A DNA stretch of 64,000 nucleotides from the human T2T-CHM13v2.0 reference genome, Homo sapiens: NCBI RefSeq assembly GCF_009914755.1, contig NC_060934.1. The stretch is one strand, 5' to 3'. Positions 48,976-63,494 of this stretch are shown piece after piece. Positions within the stretch are counted from its first letter, which is position 1. Each line of letters opens with the position of its first letter. Below the pieces are notes generated by a model. It ran no database searches. It saw only the letters and a program-made list of their open reading frames with translations, and was not told the DNA's origin. Made by a program: the position numbers and the translations under genes.

Positions 48976-50738
48976 TCAGATAAACTAGTGAAGCCATTCA
49001 CACTAAGGTGTTAGGTACTGATAATAGTCTAAATGAGTAAGCTCCTCCCAGGGCACTTGTTTGAACAACCTTAAGGCTTCCAACACACACTATTGAAATC
49101 TAAGGAATGAAGGGGGCGATGAGAGGAATGATTTCCTAATAATGCCATGTTAAGTGGCAATCTGATGGGGGAGAGGGGGGCTATTTAGGCAAACTTATCA
49201 TACAAATCAGAAAGTTGCTCACTAGTGAGAGCGAAAGAGCTGGGCTAATAGCCTGTATTTTGCTACTCTTTTGCTGAGTGATCCTCTTTCTACAGGAGCA
49301 GGTTAGGGTCTTTCTACCTATAAATAGCTGCTGGCATGATTCCCTAAGAGCTATGAAAAGGCCCAGAAGCCAGGGATACTGTCTTTCTTCTTGCATGACC
49401 CTGACCTCTTACGTGATCTGGACACCTGGGTCTGGGTCTGCCCATTGTGACTTGAGCAAAAGGAGTGTCAAAGCAGGGGCCAGATGACTGTGAAGGCCCA
49501 GAGTCAGAGCGGGCCATGGAAGAGCTGCACCGGCAGGAGGGCACTTTGACCCTTCTAGAAGGAAACCCAAAAGCAGGCCCCAAAAGGAGAGGGGGCACAC
49601 CAGGGAGCCGGATTCTGGGGCCTTATTTTCCTGCCACAGGGGTTCATTCCCTTTCATTCTCACTGCATCCACTCAGCTTGCACCAGACGTTCCCCCACAG
49701 CCCTGTTTCTCTTTAGGCGAAGTTTGGAGAAAACCCAAATCCCTCTCCCTGTTCCCCTTAGTGCAGGTAAGATGGGCTAGCAGTTTCAAAATTTTACTCA
49801 AAACTCAGGGAAAGCAAAAGAGAAAGAACCAAAGAAAACATTTCCTCTACCAAAAAAAAAAAACAAAAAAAAAAGCGGGGGCCGGGGGGGAAGTAGATAT
49901 ATTTAGACAAGCTTTAAAAAGAATGAGAACAAATTAAATTGGAAAAAGCAAATGTTTCAACCAATAATTACATGCCTGATACATAGGCTCTTGGGAGGTA
50001 CCAGACCCTGCCTGAGGCCCCCATCCAGAAAACCCACCTTTAGAGATTATAGGTCCAATCTTATTTCTTCTCCTCTCTTCTTCCCTATATTTCCCCTGAT
50101 TCCCTCCCAGTGGAGGGACTGGGGTTGAAGCAGGGAAATTGTGAAATAAGAGGTGGTGGCCGCCCTCCTTCCTTGTGTGGCATGCTTCAGGTACCACTCA
50201 GAGCATGGTTCACATAAGCAGCAGGAGACTAGGTGAGGCCAGTTCAGGGCAAAGGAGGGGGACAGAGTCAGAAATTCCCTGGGCCCCTGCAACCCTCTTG
50301 ATACTAAGAATGCAGGTCCCTTGTGTGTGTATGACTTTGGGTAAAAGCATTCTCACAGGTAGTTTCCAGTTGGAGTCTCATAATTAATTGCACAAGATGA
50401 GTATGAGAGCTATATTAAATATTATTAGCCTCCTTGTACAGATTAAAATAAAAACTCTAATGCTTAGAGAGATTACATGGTAAGTAGGGGAACCAGCCCC
50501 AGAACCCCAGACTTGGGTACCCCAAGCCTGCTTTCCCCTTTTTCTACTATACACCCCCTAAGTGTGGAAAACACTGAAATGATGGCAGTCTCCCATTGTC
50601 TATCCCTCACCAACATCCTTCTACTTCCTGGGTGATATTGTGATGTCACCCATAGTTGACACTGCAGAAATGTTCTATCTGTCCCCTGTGATTCTGGGAA
50701 AACCTCCAAAGATCAACGTGATTCTGAGATAGCTGTAA

Positions 50739-50972
<234 letters not shown>

Positions 50973-52031
50973 TAATACCTTCCAGCCTGATTCCAGTGTG
51001 CTGTCAGGACTGAGAAGCACTGTTCTAGGAAGGAGGTTGCCTTAGACAGGGTAATGGATGCCACCTACTGTCGTATTGAGCCCCAGGCCTGATCTCATAG
51101 AGGAAGAAATGAGTATAACTCAACTCTTCTACCAGAGAAAAGAGCTGAAGAAACCATTGCTGCACTTTTCCCTCTTCTACTCACTTCCTCGCTGAAGCCC
51201 GAGGCCATCTCCCTGTCTGTTAGACTTGCAGTGCCCTAGAGCAGTGCCACAGAAGCCTGTGAGCTATGAATTTTTAAAATACAGAAGTGTATTGTGAATC
51301 TTGGGATCTTTAGAAAGAAAAAAAAGTGAGAAAATCCAAAGATAAACTCCTTCTTGTGAAGAAGATAAAGTTTGTCTTTGAACCCTCTGACCATCCATGC
51401 CTAATTAATGTGCTGACCTAGAATGATCATATCTATCACTAACTTCAATATTTAATTAATCCAACATATATTTATTGAGTATGTAATGAGTGCTAGCACT
51501 GTTTTAGGTGCTAAAGAGTAGAAAATTTTAAGTTGGAGCTGCTTTAAGATAGAATTTCTAGTTCTGAGTACAGATTTCTTTTAACTACTTCCCAGAGCCT
51601 ATGTTATATAAGTAATATAAGTTTAACATATGTAATATAAGCAATAGCTGTAATATATAAATATGATGCAATGATGCCTCACATTATTGACAACTTATTA
51701 TTTAAATAATTGCCTGTCTTTAGTAACATGGGATTTCATTTCATTCAGCAGATATATGTCATACAAATAAGCCAGATTAAATTATCTGCATTTCATTCAA
51801 TTATAGCATTAAAGTCTTTGTTGTTTATGTGGCTTAGTTGTCCATGTCCAATTTTAAATAAAATCAAAGAAAATTAATAATGAAACAGACATTTCCAAAT
51901 GGAGACCTGTTTCTCCTGAGATGCCAGTGCAGGGACACACATCTCCAGAGGACGTGGGTAAGGCCCTGAGATGCACACTTGGGATTAGGATCCTCCACTC
52001 CGGAGGAACTGCAGAAGCCCTGCCAACCTGA

Positions 52032-52523
<492 letters not shown>

Positions 52524-53632
52524 TGACATTTAGTTTGACAACTCAGCGATGTTTGGGGTGGGTTGAATACCTCTCCAATAGAGGGGTTCTGCATCTAAAC
52601 TTCCAGAACTGCTGCTCTGCGGAAGCTATAATACCTCCTCATCTCTGCTTGAACATCCCCTGAAATGAAACTGCCCACTGCCTCCTAAACTTTAGACAAC
52701 TCTTCTTTAAACCCTTCTCTCTGTCAAGTGGAAATCTCACCATCTGTGACTTCCATACTGGTCCTTGCTCTGCTCTCTGGAGGTACATGGGACACATTCA
52801 TTCTCTCAGCTGCATTTCAGCCTTTGCAGTTCCTGAAATCTTCTCCCCCTTCAGAGGACCAGGAAGGGGGAAAATGACCTGTTCAAAGAAGTGCAACATC
52901 TCCCCAGTGCTCACATAAGTATGATCACCTTCTGCTCTGGATACCTGAATAGGCCTGTCTTAAATAAGTGTCTGACATGATTGCAGCTTGTAACACTGCT
53001 GGTGCCCTGTCTGGCTTCACCATTAGCTCTGTCACTGATTCCCTGTCCCTTCCCAACATAATGTTGTGAATCCTAAATACACTGATTGTATTTTAAAATC
53101 TTGATTAAGCTCACATGAACTTAGAAATGGTCTCTTTGTTACTGTCCACTTCCAGCCTCTCTGCTCTGTCACTGTAACTTGCCTCACATATATCTTTCCA
53201 AATGGTCTGAACAAAATGACCTCTCTTCTCCAAAAAATGTAGTCATGTGCTTCACTGTTGGAAATCAACAAGAATCCTGTTACATTGTTTGTATAATGTA
53301 ATGATCACATAGTTTCATGTCTTATGCTGAATATAAACTTAACGGTTTTCAAATAAAACATGGAATAAAATGTAGTAGCAAGAGTGTACGCTCAGAAATT
53401 TGAAAAATATGGCTTTAAAATTCCATTGTTGCCATTTCCTAACTAACCTTGACCAAGTTATTCAATCTCTGAGCCTCAAAATTGAGTTCCCTGTAAATCA
53501 GGGATAAAAATGGCATAGGCTTCATGGGGTTGTGGGGCTAATTGCATGAGAATCTATGCAGTGCACATAATACAGTGTCATGTCCATGCATGCTATGCAT
53601 TACATATCAGCTATCACTATTATTGGCAATGA

Positions 53633-53968
<336 letters not shown>

Positions 53969-54195
53969 TAGATTTTATCTTGACCTGACTTAGAAATGGT
54001 CCAATCTTGGACTAAACCAGTGGGGCAGTTTATGAAGCCCTGGATTAGCTGGTGCTTAGGCCTGCATCATGGAAGGGCCACTACAGTATGCAAGGACAGC
54101 TTGGTTATTCATGACTGGATGCTATTTTATGAACAACGAAGCACTGAATTTACTGCAAAGAGCTATTAAAGCTGGTGGTGCTTTCTCACATGTAA

Positions 54196-54474
<279 letters not shown>

Positions 54475-54880
54475 TAATGGGATATGGTAGAAAAAGCACA
54501 GGGGTTCAAGTCTTGACTCCCCCTTTGACTCTTGTTAATCAGCCTGGACAAGCCATTTAACTTCCTTGGCTTTAGTTCCTTCCTCTGCAAAATGGGTGTA
54601 TGAATCACTTTTCATTCAGTTAGTGCTTAAAAAAAAAGTGACAAAAAATTGAATTGTAAAAAGCAGTAATATTGTCAAGTGTTAGGGATCTAGGGTGGTA
54701 GATTTCAGTATGAAAAGACAAGTTTATTTTGCTTTTTATACTTGTTCCCTACCCTTCCATTTAATTGCCTGGTTTTTACAGGGTTAATTGGTGCTGGGGG
54801 TGGATAGAAGAGGGAAGATTCCCATAAGAAGTGTGTTTTCTGAGTTGCCTCTGAAACCCACTGCATGCTTCTGTCCTTAG

Positions 54881-54928
54881 ATAATGACGTGCGGAAGGTT
54901 GGAAGTCTGGCTGGATCTTCTGTCTTTC
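54881..54928 (+). CDS. CNNM1: CNNM1 coding exon 6 (48-nt small exon)
   Basis: ctgtccttag acceptor; (D)NDVRKVGSLAGSSVF; C|GTATGT donor; 48 nt, phase 1-1, compatible with exon 5. Confidence 0.85.
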
Positions 54929-56427
54929 GTATGTATCTCTCAAACCCCTTCCTCGTCCTCCCCATCGTAGTCCTGCCTCAGCCCGCTCTGGGGACCTGGA
55001 CCGAGCACTTTGAGCCTGGGCTGGGGCTAAGACAAATGCTGGCAGCCCCTTTGTAATGTTCTGCCAGGAACACTGCTTCCTGCCAGGTACCCACAGACCA
55101 TGGGAGCTTAGGTTCTGTGTGTCTGGAATGTTTTCTGCTGCTTCTCTGCTCACATGGTTGGGGGGATGCAGGGGTTGTGAGGGAAGGCACTGCTTATTGC
55201 CACCTTCCAGTGAATGCAGGCAGGTGATTTGTGTGCTTGGGCAGAGGCTCAGCCCTTCCTTCTGTGCAATAACAATTCACCCATGGCCTTTACTCAAACA
55301 CTGTCATATGCTATTATTGTGTCTGTGGGGTTTGTCCTCAGTAAGAAGTGACTGCAAGATTTGGGGATGTAAGTTCCACCTTTGTGCAATACGTTGCTTA
55401 TCTGCCTCTCTTTCTTGGTTCTCCACCTCTCAGCTAGTGGAGAGGTATCTGCCAGCTGGCTGTGCATGCTGTTGGTGGGGGGCAGGCACAGGGCTGATGG
55501 CTGGTTTGCTCTGCCCTTTCTGTGCTGTGCCTTCTTGCTGTTTTCTGTGTAGTTATTGCACTTGTGCTTAAAGGGCATGGCATTTTTTGTGATTAAAAGT
55601 GTGATACAGAAAGAATTATTTCTCTAGATTTCTTTCTGATTCACAGTTCTGAATTTTGCATTGCTTTCAGCTGTTAGTGTTTACAGTGACCACTTCAATG
55701 CCAAATAGGGTCTTTCCTCTCATCATAAAAAAAGATTTTACATATTGCCTTGTGGTGGGAATTATCAGAGGGTCCCAGAGCTTGATATCATAGTCCCTGG
55801 AACATGGCAAGGTAGATACCATTTTAACATGAGTGAAACTAAGGAAATGACTTGCTTCAAATCACCCAGTAAGTTGGTGACCGGCCAAGATGCTTCCTGG
55901 TGTCCTGGCTAGTTCACACAGCACAATAAAATACAGATTTCAGATCCATCATATTCTGGAATGCAATTTCTAAGTGGAAATAGTGGAACAATTTACAGTG
56001 TAATTGTTACAGTGTAATAGCCCAGCCAGTGGTTGAAATGAAGTACCTGCCCAGTGTGAAGAGTGGCAGAACTTGAGTTGGAGGAGATCTGTAAAATTGA
56101 AAAGACCCTGGTACATTATTATACTTAAGACAATGAATCTCAATCAAGGTTGATGAAGGAAGCATTAGTGTTCAGTAGAACTCTGGATGGGTGAGGGACG
56201 GGCTACAGGACTTTGGCAAACCTTAGTTCTCTAAAGGAAATCTCCATCATCCATCACATTAGGGACTACTCCTGGGATTCTAATATGTTACCTAGAAATG
56301 TCTGTGATCTCTTCCAGAAGACTAAAAGAGGTGGAAATTCTGAGAAAAAAAGACCTACATATGGCTTCCTAGCCCACCCAATTTATATGACCTTCTTTCT
56401 TAAAAAAAAAAAAAAAGAAATTGCTGT

Positions 56428-56721
<294 letters not shown>

Positions 56722-58544
56722 TTAAGTAGAAGGAAGATGTTATCTGATTTCTTCCTTTCCTTCCTTCCTGTTTCTAGTTCTTTCTTTCAAAAGCTTTCAG
56801 TTGCATCAGTGAGATAGAAATAAAGTTGCAACATTGATTTCTCCTTTAAAACTAGTTAACTGAAAAGAAACATAGCACTCTTTCTCTTTCTCTCCCCATG
56901 TTACTGAGCATCTCTGTAAATCTTCAGAAGGAAAAAGAAATATTATTAGCCAATGGGGTAAAAAGACATTTTCCATCCTCCCCGAACCCATACTTAGTGT
57001 AGTGAAGTGTGAAGTAACTGCAAAGGCCAGCCATACCCCACAGTTATCCCGGGTGAATGCTCAGCCCATGGTCCAGCCACCCAGCATCTTTCACTGGCCA
57101 AGAACCTCAACCTATAGGTTGAGGGAGAGCTTAAGTCTAAGCTAAAAGGCAATAAAATCTTGTAGGGTCTTGGCCCAGCCCCGTCCCCCTATGCTTGAAG
57201 CTAGCTTAATCAGCCTTTGAGGATGAGGAGTGAGATTATGAGTTTGCTGGAATACTGGCACGATGACCTATGCTTCAAAGTTGAACTTGAGGCTACAAAG
57301 AAGTCTCTGGCTTTCCTGCATGAGGTGAAGGGAACATAATCTACACTGTCTTCTTCTTCTTGGTTCTGATTGCCAGGAACCCAGGGTAGCTGGAATAGGT
57401 GCACACACAGGTGTGCAGATGTGGAAAGAACAGGTCTCCTGTCTGTTTGGTGTATACAATGTATACAGTTTGGTGTATACATTTATACATTTAGAACTAT
57501 GATTCTTCTTGAGAATAGAGAGTTTCTTAACTCCATTGTGTCTCATAATATTAGAGGCCCATTCTAATATTCATTAACATCTCATGTCAGAGCAAAGGAT
57601 TATCAGGTAGGTAATTTCAAATAAAATCATTTGATGTAGCAAATAAAACTGCAGAAGCAGTCTATTTCCATATGCTATCATCTGCAGACTGGTTTCATTT
57701 AGCTCCTTAAAAAGGACTCTGGGAATGATCAGATAAGAGAGATGAAGACAGGTTCCCATAGTTCCCCTGCCCAGACACCACTTGAAGGGGGAGGGGCTGG
57801 ACTGTTAATACACACTGAACTCTACCCGGGCCCCCCAGTGATAGCCAGCACCATTTCAAACTCTGTGGGGAAAGAGAAGGACAATGGAACGGAGAGATAC
57901 TTTGGACCACTGGTACTTACCACAAAGTGGCTTTGATTTAATTCATCAAGTTGATTCACATTAACACTGCTAGAGATATTGTTCTTCCTTTATCCCTATC
58001 CTCTAGCAATGCACAGTTCTTCACCAACACTGTGAGCAGAGGGATCTCCTAGGAGTCTGAGGCAGGATCTAGCTTCCTCAAGGATGCCCCTAGCAGGAGC
58101 ACACGCTTTCCATTCAGGCCTCTGAGTACCTGTGCAGGTGCCCTTGGCAGTTGAGCTCCATGGGAGCTGGGAGAGCTTGGTGGGAATGCAGCGCTGGGCT
58201 CCCAGCATGTTTGCTGGCTCAAAATGGGAGCCTCAGAGAATGCTGCCTACATGCTTCCCACAGGGCTCGGCTTGTGCTTGTACATCTGATTCCAAGATGT
58301 GTTGCACATCTTTTCAGATGACCTTCAGCAAAATCCATTTTATTTTCTTGTCTTTCTGGAGTGTGACTTTGTAAGAGGATGTGATTCCTGTGTTTTCAGA
58401 GTCAAGATTCCTTTTTGCAGAGAAATGTGATGTTGTGAAGATCCAGGAACAGACTGTCTCACCCACTTTGTTCTTTGTCTCTTTCCTTTTGTGTTTATAT
58501 CTTCCCTTTCGCAACTCACAAATCCTTGGCCCCTGACTCTTTAG

Positions 58545-58607
58545 TGCCTGTCTCTGTGTCTCGTACCTTCGCTGTCAGCAGAGGGGACTCTCTGGCAGGC
58601 TCCCCAG
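58545..58607 (+). CDS. CNNM1: CNNM1 63-nt in-frame cassette exon (21 aa)
   Basis: Branch-like ctgac then tctttag acceptor after a long pyrimidine tract; (L)PVSVSRTFAVSRGDSLAGSP; CAG|GTAAAC donor; phase 1-1; resembles, from recall, the alternatively spliced CNNM2 segment [21 protein letters not shown]. Confidence 0.8.
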
Positions 58608-60544
58608 GTAAACATGCATGGGTGTCTCGGGTCTCTGTAGATCCAGAGGGGTTTGCAAGAAGCCTTTGGCCTCTGTCACTTTCCTGCATGAGAACTAATC
58701 ACTCCAACAGGCACTCCTGTGACTAAGGCATAGCACTTTGCACAAATAGCACTCATTTGCACATACCACCCAGGCATTGCTGGTTCAGTGGTGTCATTTG
58801 TGAGTTTACCTCCCAGGAATGTATCTGTGTATGCACATGGAAAAATGGTGGGGGTGAGGGATAGTGTGAGTTTTTCCTCATTTGTCTGACTACAGAATGG
58901 AGGGATGAGGAGTACAGCATGAATGAAGTAGGAATAGTGGAATACTGTGCTTTATTTCTACCTATTTTCTTTCTACCTTTCTTTCCTTCCATGTCCTCAT
59001 CTTCCTAATAATGTTACTATGTGATGATCATATGCTCACTAGCTCTGCTCGTACAAAGGATGCTATATGTAAAACTTTCAAAACAACTTTTCATTAGGTT
59101 TAACCTCTTTTGTTGATAAATGAAATAGTCACTGGGTTTCTTTTTAATCGGGTAACAATTCCTCATAGAGCTAGACAATGATTCAATGACTGAGTAGAAT
59201 GCCACAAATCTGAACGATCAACCGTTTGTTTTCATCTCCAGTGGTTGTTCTCTTGGGCTCATAGAGCAAGTAATGACTAAACCAGGAATGTATTTGTTAA
59301 ATTGCCCTGCAGTTAGAACACAGTCCAATTTCCTCTACCCTCTAAATCTGTATCCCTTATCACGTTGCTGGGGTAATGATACTAAGACCCCACCATATCC
59401 TCAGTCATCGAGAAATCGCTTATGTTTCTCTGTCTATATAGTAGACCCTCAACATTTAAAAAAGGCCATGTTTTGAGACTTCAAACCCTCCAATTTGCAA
59501 CCTCAGAAGTATTTATGTTGACTTCTGTTTTTTCCCAAAATCACTTTTTTTCATCAAAAACCATCTGGTCCTCATGTTGATCTATACAAGATAAGTTAAC
59601 CACCTTCTCAAATTTCACCAAAGTTTTCTCTCTCTCTCTCGATGGTGATTTTCCACTAAGAAATAGTTTTTCTTGCTTTGTGAGAGCTCATGCCTTCATA
59701 ATGACTACAGGATCGGACAGTCAATGTGAAATGCCAATCTGGTGCCCTCACCAGCTAAATGGTCTACTCCTACATGCCCGCAAAATTAGAAATGACCACT
59801 TGATGGACCTTCAAGTTCCTTCACATGCAGTGAATCTTGGTGAATGCCAAGAGTGTGCTGTGAAGGTTCAGAGGAAAGGGGAGATGCACATTTTAAAAGA
59901 CTTTCAGCCCAAAAGATCAAAGCGAGGATGTGTTTTCCTTTTTAATTAACCTTCAGTTAACCAGATGACCTAGTTAATTGTAACTTCCCAGTTAAAGGAA
60001 GGTTAATTCTAGTTCATCTGTATTGATTATTATAAAGTCCATGATAACCCAATGTCAGACAGAGATGAAAGTGATTCCCTCCTGCTGTGCAGAACCCCCA
60101 GGAAGTGCTGAGACTTCTGATCCAACTCTGGGTGGTGTCATGTGCCCCTGAGAGTATTTTCAACTTTCCCCCCTTTTCCATGACTGTGGATATTCAACAC
60201 AACAGGAGATTAGTGTCAACACAATGGAAACCCTACCCATAAAGAGGTAAGCTTATTCCCACCCTTGGTTTAACTCTGCAGGGTGGAGCAATGGTGGGTA
60301 CAGTGGGAGAAAACCAGAGGTAGGGAATGCCTAGTTTCTCCTTTGGCTTATTCCTCTCCACCTTGTGTCTGGTCTCTATCTAGAGCTAATCACTGTGCCT
60401 TCCCAGTGATCAGCTGACATCCACAGGACCTATTCTGTGGTATTTCCTCTGTCACTCTTGCTTTTGTTCCATATCATTAAAAGAAGTAGCCTCAGAGGTC
60501 TGGGATTTTTGTAGAAAGAAGTTCCAGGTAACTTCTGGCCCTGT

Positions 60545-61562
60545 AAGCACAGACTTTGGAACCAAGGGCTCTTATTCAGTGCTCGATCGTCCATTCATAG
60601 TGTGCATTGAGATCAACAATGATGCCATTTTCTCCTAGAATATACCAAAGTACCTAAAAATTTTTTTTACTTTGCAAAATGTGCTAAGTGGAAATATTGA
60701 TTTCTGATCCAGATACATTAATTTACATATATGCTAAATCTCAACCGTATCTTATATGGGAGGAAAATAAATCCTAGAGATTAGTAGGGTCTTGAAGTCT
60801 AAGAAAGAATTGTCATTGTCTGATTTGACTCCCCACAATCACTTTGGGAGATAGGCAGGAATAGTCATTGAAAAACAACAGATTAAAAAACAGGTTCTGA
60901 GAAAGTCAGTCAGTGTTGTATGTGTATTAGGTAGGCAGAGGGACAAGGACTGGAATCTAAGTCTTAGATCCTGCTCTCCACCTACTGCCTGGGACCTTGC
61001 TGTACCTCTGAATATAGACATTTTATGCCCCCTAGAGGGCTGTGATTTATTTGCATTTTGAAAGCAGTGCTAATTACGAATCTGGTGCTCGCACTAGATT
61101 GAGGCTAGGGGTCTCTGCACCAAATATTGCCATCATTATCCATAGGGAGTCTCTTTCTATTTGAGCCTTAGTTTGAAATAAGAACACAGTGGTTCACAGA
61201 TTACCTCCAGGTTGTGGTGTGGTTAACCAACTTGGCAGGTGCTTTCATTTAAAAATGAAACTTCTGATCAGGGGTTTCCCCTGAAAGTACACAGCCCCAC
61301 TGCAATTAGCATTCCCTTTCCCCATATTCACTCCTTCTTTCTTCTCCTGGTGGTGGAGATAATTTTGAATTCCCCATAACAGTCCTTTCAAATCCACAAA
61401 AGCACAGAGACAGAGACTTTGGAACCAACGGTTCTTTTTCAGTGCTCGGTTATCTATTCATAATGTGCACTGAGATCAATAATGACAGTTTTCTGCTTGA
61501 ATATACAGGGAATCTCTAAAAATAATATTTCTACTTTGCAAAATGTGGTAAGTGGAAATATT
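60545..61562 (+). repeat. Diverged ~155-bp direct repeat pair (60545-60698 and 61400-61562)
   Basis: Both read ...gactttggaaccaa.gg.tct..ttcagtgctcg...attcata.tgtgca.tgagatcaa.aatga...tactttgcaaaatgtg.taagtggaaatatt. Confidence 0.85.
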
Positions 61563-63494
61563 CCTTCGGGTTGGCTCTTGTGTGATGAACATTTGGGAAC
61601 CATTAAAGCTCCGTGTAAAGTGAATGAGTTCATCTGGGATCCTAACTTGGGCTTAGAGTTCACATCGTAGTTTTGACAGACAGCTGGCTTTGGTGTTCGG
61701 TTGTCTGATGCTAAATATTGCCCCAGTATAATGAATTTTAATAATTCTAGTTGGTACTCTTACAGGTCTATGTAATTAAGCTTCCTCATCCATTTTGGAG
61801 AACAGAGATGGCCCACGGCACAATCACAGTCAGACCAAAGTAGGCCATTCCCCCTCATCCCTCACTGATGGTACAAAAGATGTAGGCAGGCAACCCCTGA
61901 ACCCTCCTTTTTCCTCAAATCCTCATAGGGAAAATGGGAGCTTAGCATTCTACTTCTGTATCTTGGGGTCTGATTCCAGGATAGGGTTGTGAAGGCTCCC
62001 TGGATACAGGTGTCACAAATGAAGCAAGAGTCCCAGAGCTGCTGTGTATAGATTTTCAGGGCCCCTGACTATTACTACAGAAGGAGAGGAGATTCCATCC
62101 AGCCCCGATTACAGTGTGAAGTCCTCTTCCATACCCTTTGCCACCCTGCCCCCAATTTTACCCTAGTGCCTTCCCCACCCAAACCTCAGCAATCCAAGTA
62201 GCCAACCCAGGACAGATATCTGTTAGAGACTGACCACTCAAAGGCTGCAGGAATGAGGTCTGCCACAATTTCACAGAGCAGAAAACCCTGCTCCCCATCA
62301 CCCGGTTACACCTGAGCCAACCTGAGGGTCTGATGCAAGAGCAAGAGTGGGCAAGGGATGGGTTGGTTGCTTGGCCTGCTGCCTGCTGACAGGTCCCGGG
62401 TTGGTGTCACATATCATACTGTTTGATCTGTCTCCTTCCAGACCTCCTTGCCTTATACTTAGGATTTTCCTCCTCGCTTCACTCCCCCAAGCTGTGCCTC
62501 TGTGCTCTTAGGATATGCCAAGGGGAATTACACAACTTGAACTAGTTTGCCATGCTGCTAAGACACTCGTCTGTTACTGATTTCTTCTGCTTTTTATTAA
62601 AAGCATTTCCATGTCCCTTGCTCAGAAACCTCTGAGTGTATATGCATAATTACCAAAATGCCAAGTCATCAGCATCCAACCTACTAAGGAATGTCAGACT
62701 CCAGGACACGAAAACATTGATCTTGCGCAATACTCAGAGGGGCCGGGACTTTCTCACGGAGTAAAGGTTCTTTTTTCTTTTAAAAATTGCTTTTATAGAC
62801 TCGATCTTTGTAAGACAATTGTATCGTTTGGTGTTGGGAATCCTTTATGATTTTATAAATAAACTTTCAATAACATTGTTTTTACTTTAAAAAAAAAGAC
62901 ATGTTTTTCCTCCTCCCAGCACAATAGTGATGTAGCTTGTGTTTGACATGTGAGTCCTTGTGGGTGTCATCTACACTGGGTGCCAGTGAAATGATGAGAG
63001 CTTTGGAGGGAACTGGGATGTAGCTGTTGCCTCTGTTTTCAACAGGAGAAGCTTCCACGGATGGAAGGAGTTTAGTAGATAAAATAGGGCTATTTCCCTG
63101 TTGTCTTCCCTGAACATATCTTGAATTGTGACATAAGAGATGAGGATGTGGAACAACTGGTGTAGGGTGTGTGAAGCCCATGTCTGGCCAGGCAAAGTGG
63201 AGGATTATTGAGGAATGGTGGTGATTCTCTGGGCAGCTGAAGCCACAAGCCCTGCTCACACTCTCTTCCCTTGGTTATGTCCAAACTGAGTTGAGGTCAA
63301 AACCCACCAGATCAAGGTATGGTTTTCCAGATGCTGCACTGGGGCCAAAGAAGCTACTTTTGGGCAGGACTCTCTGCCCCGCTTTTCTGCAACAACTAGC
63401 CTGGAGGAAAGAACACAGACTTATCCAGCCACCACCCTAAAACAGCTACAAATGGGTCTGGCCAAGCCAGAACTCATCAATTTGCTTTCTCTTT

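Noticed and set aside
62780-62897. AATAAA followed by an A9 run, suggesting a processed pseudogene end
   Set aside because: No recognisable upstream coding homology or target-site duplication; short A-run is common in AT-rich intron.
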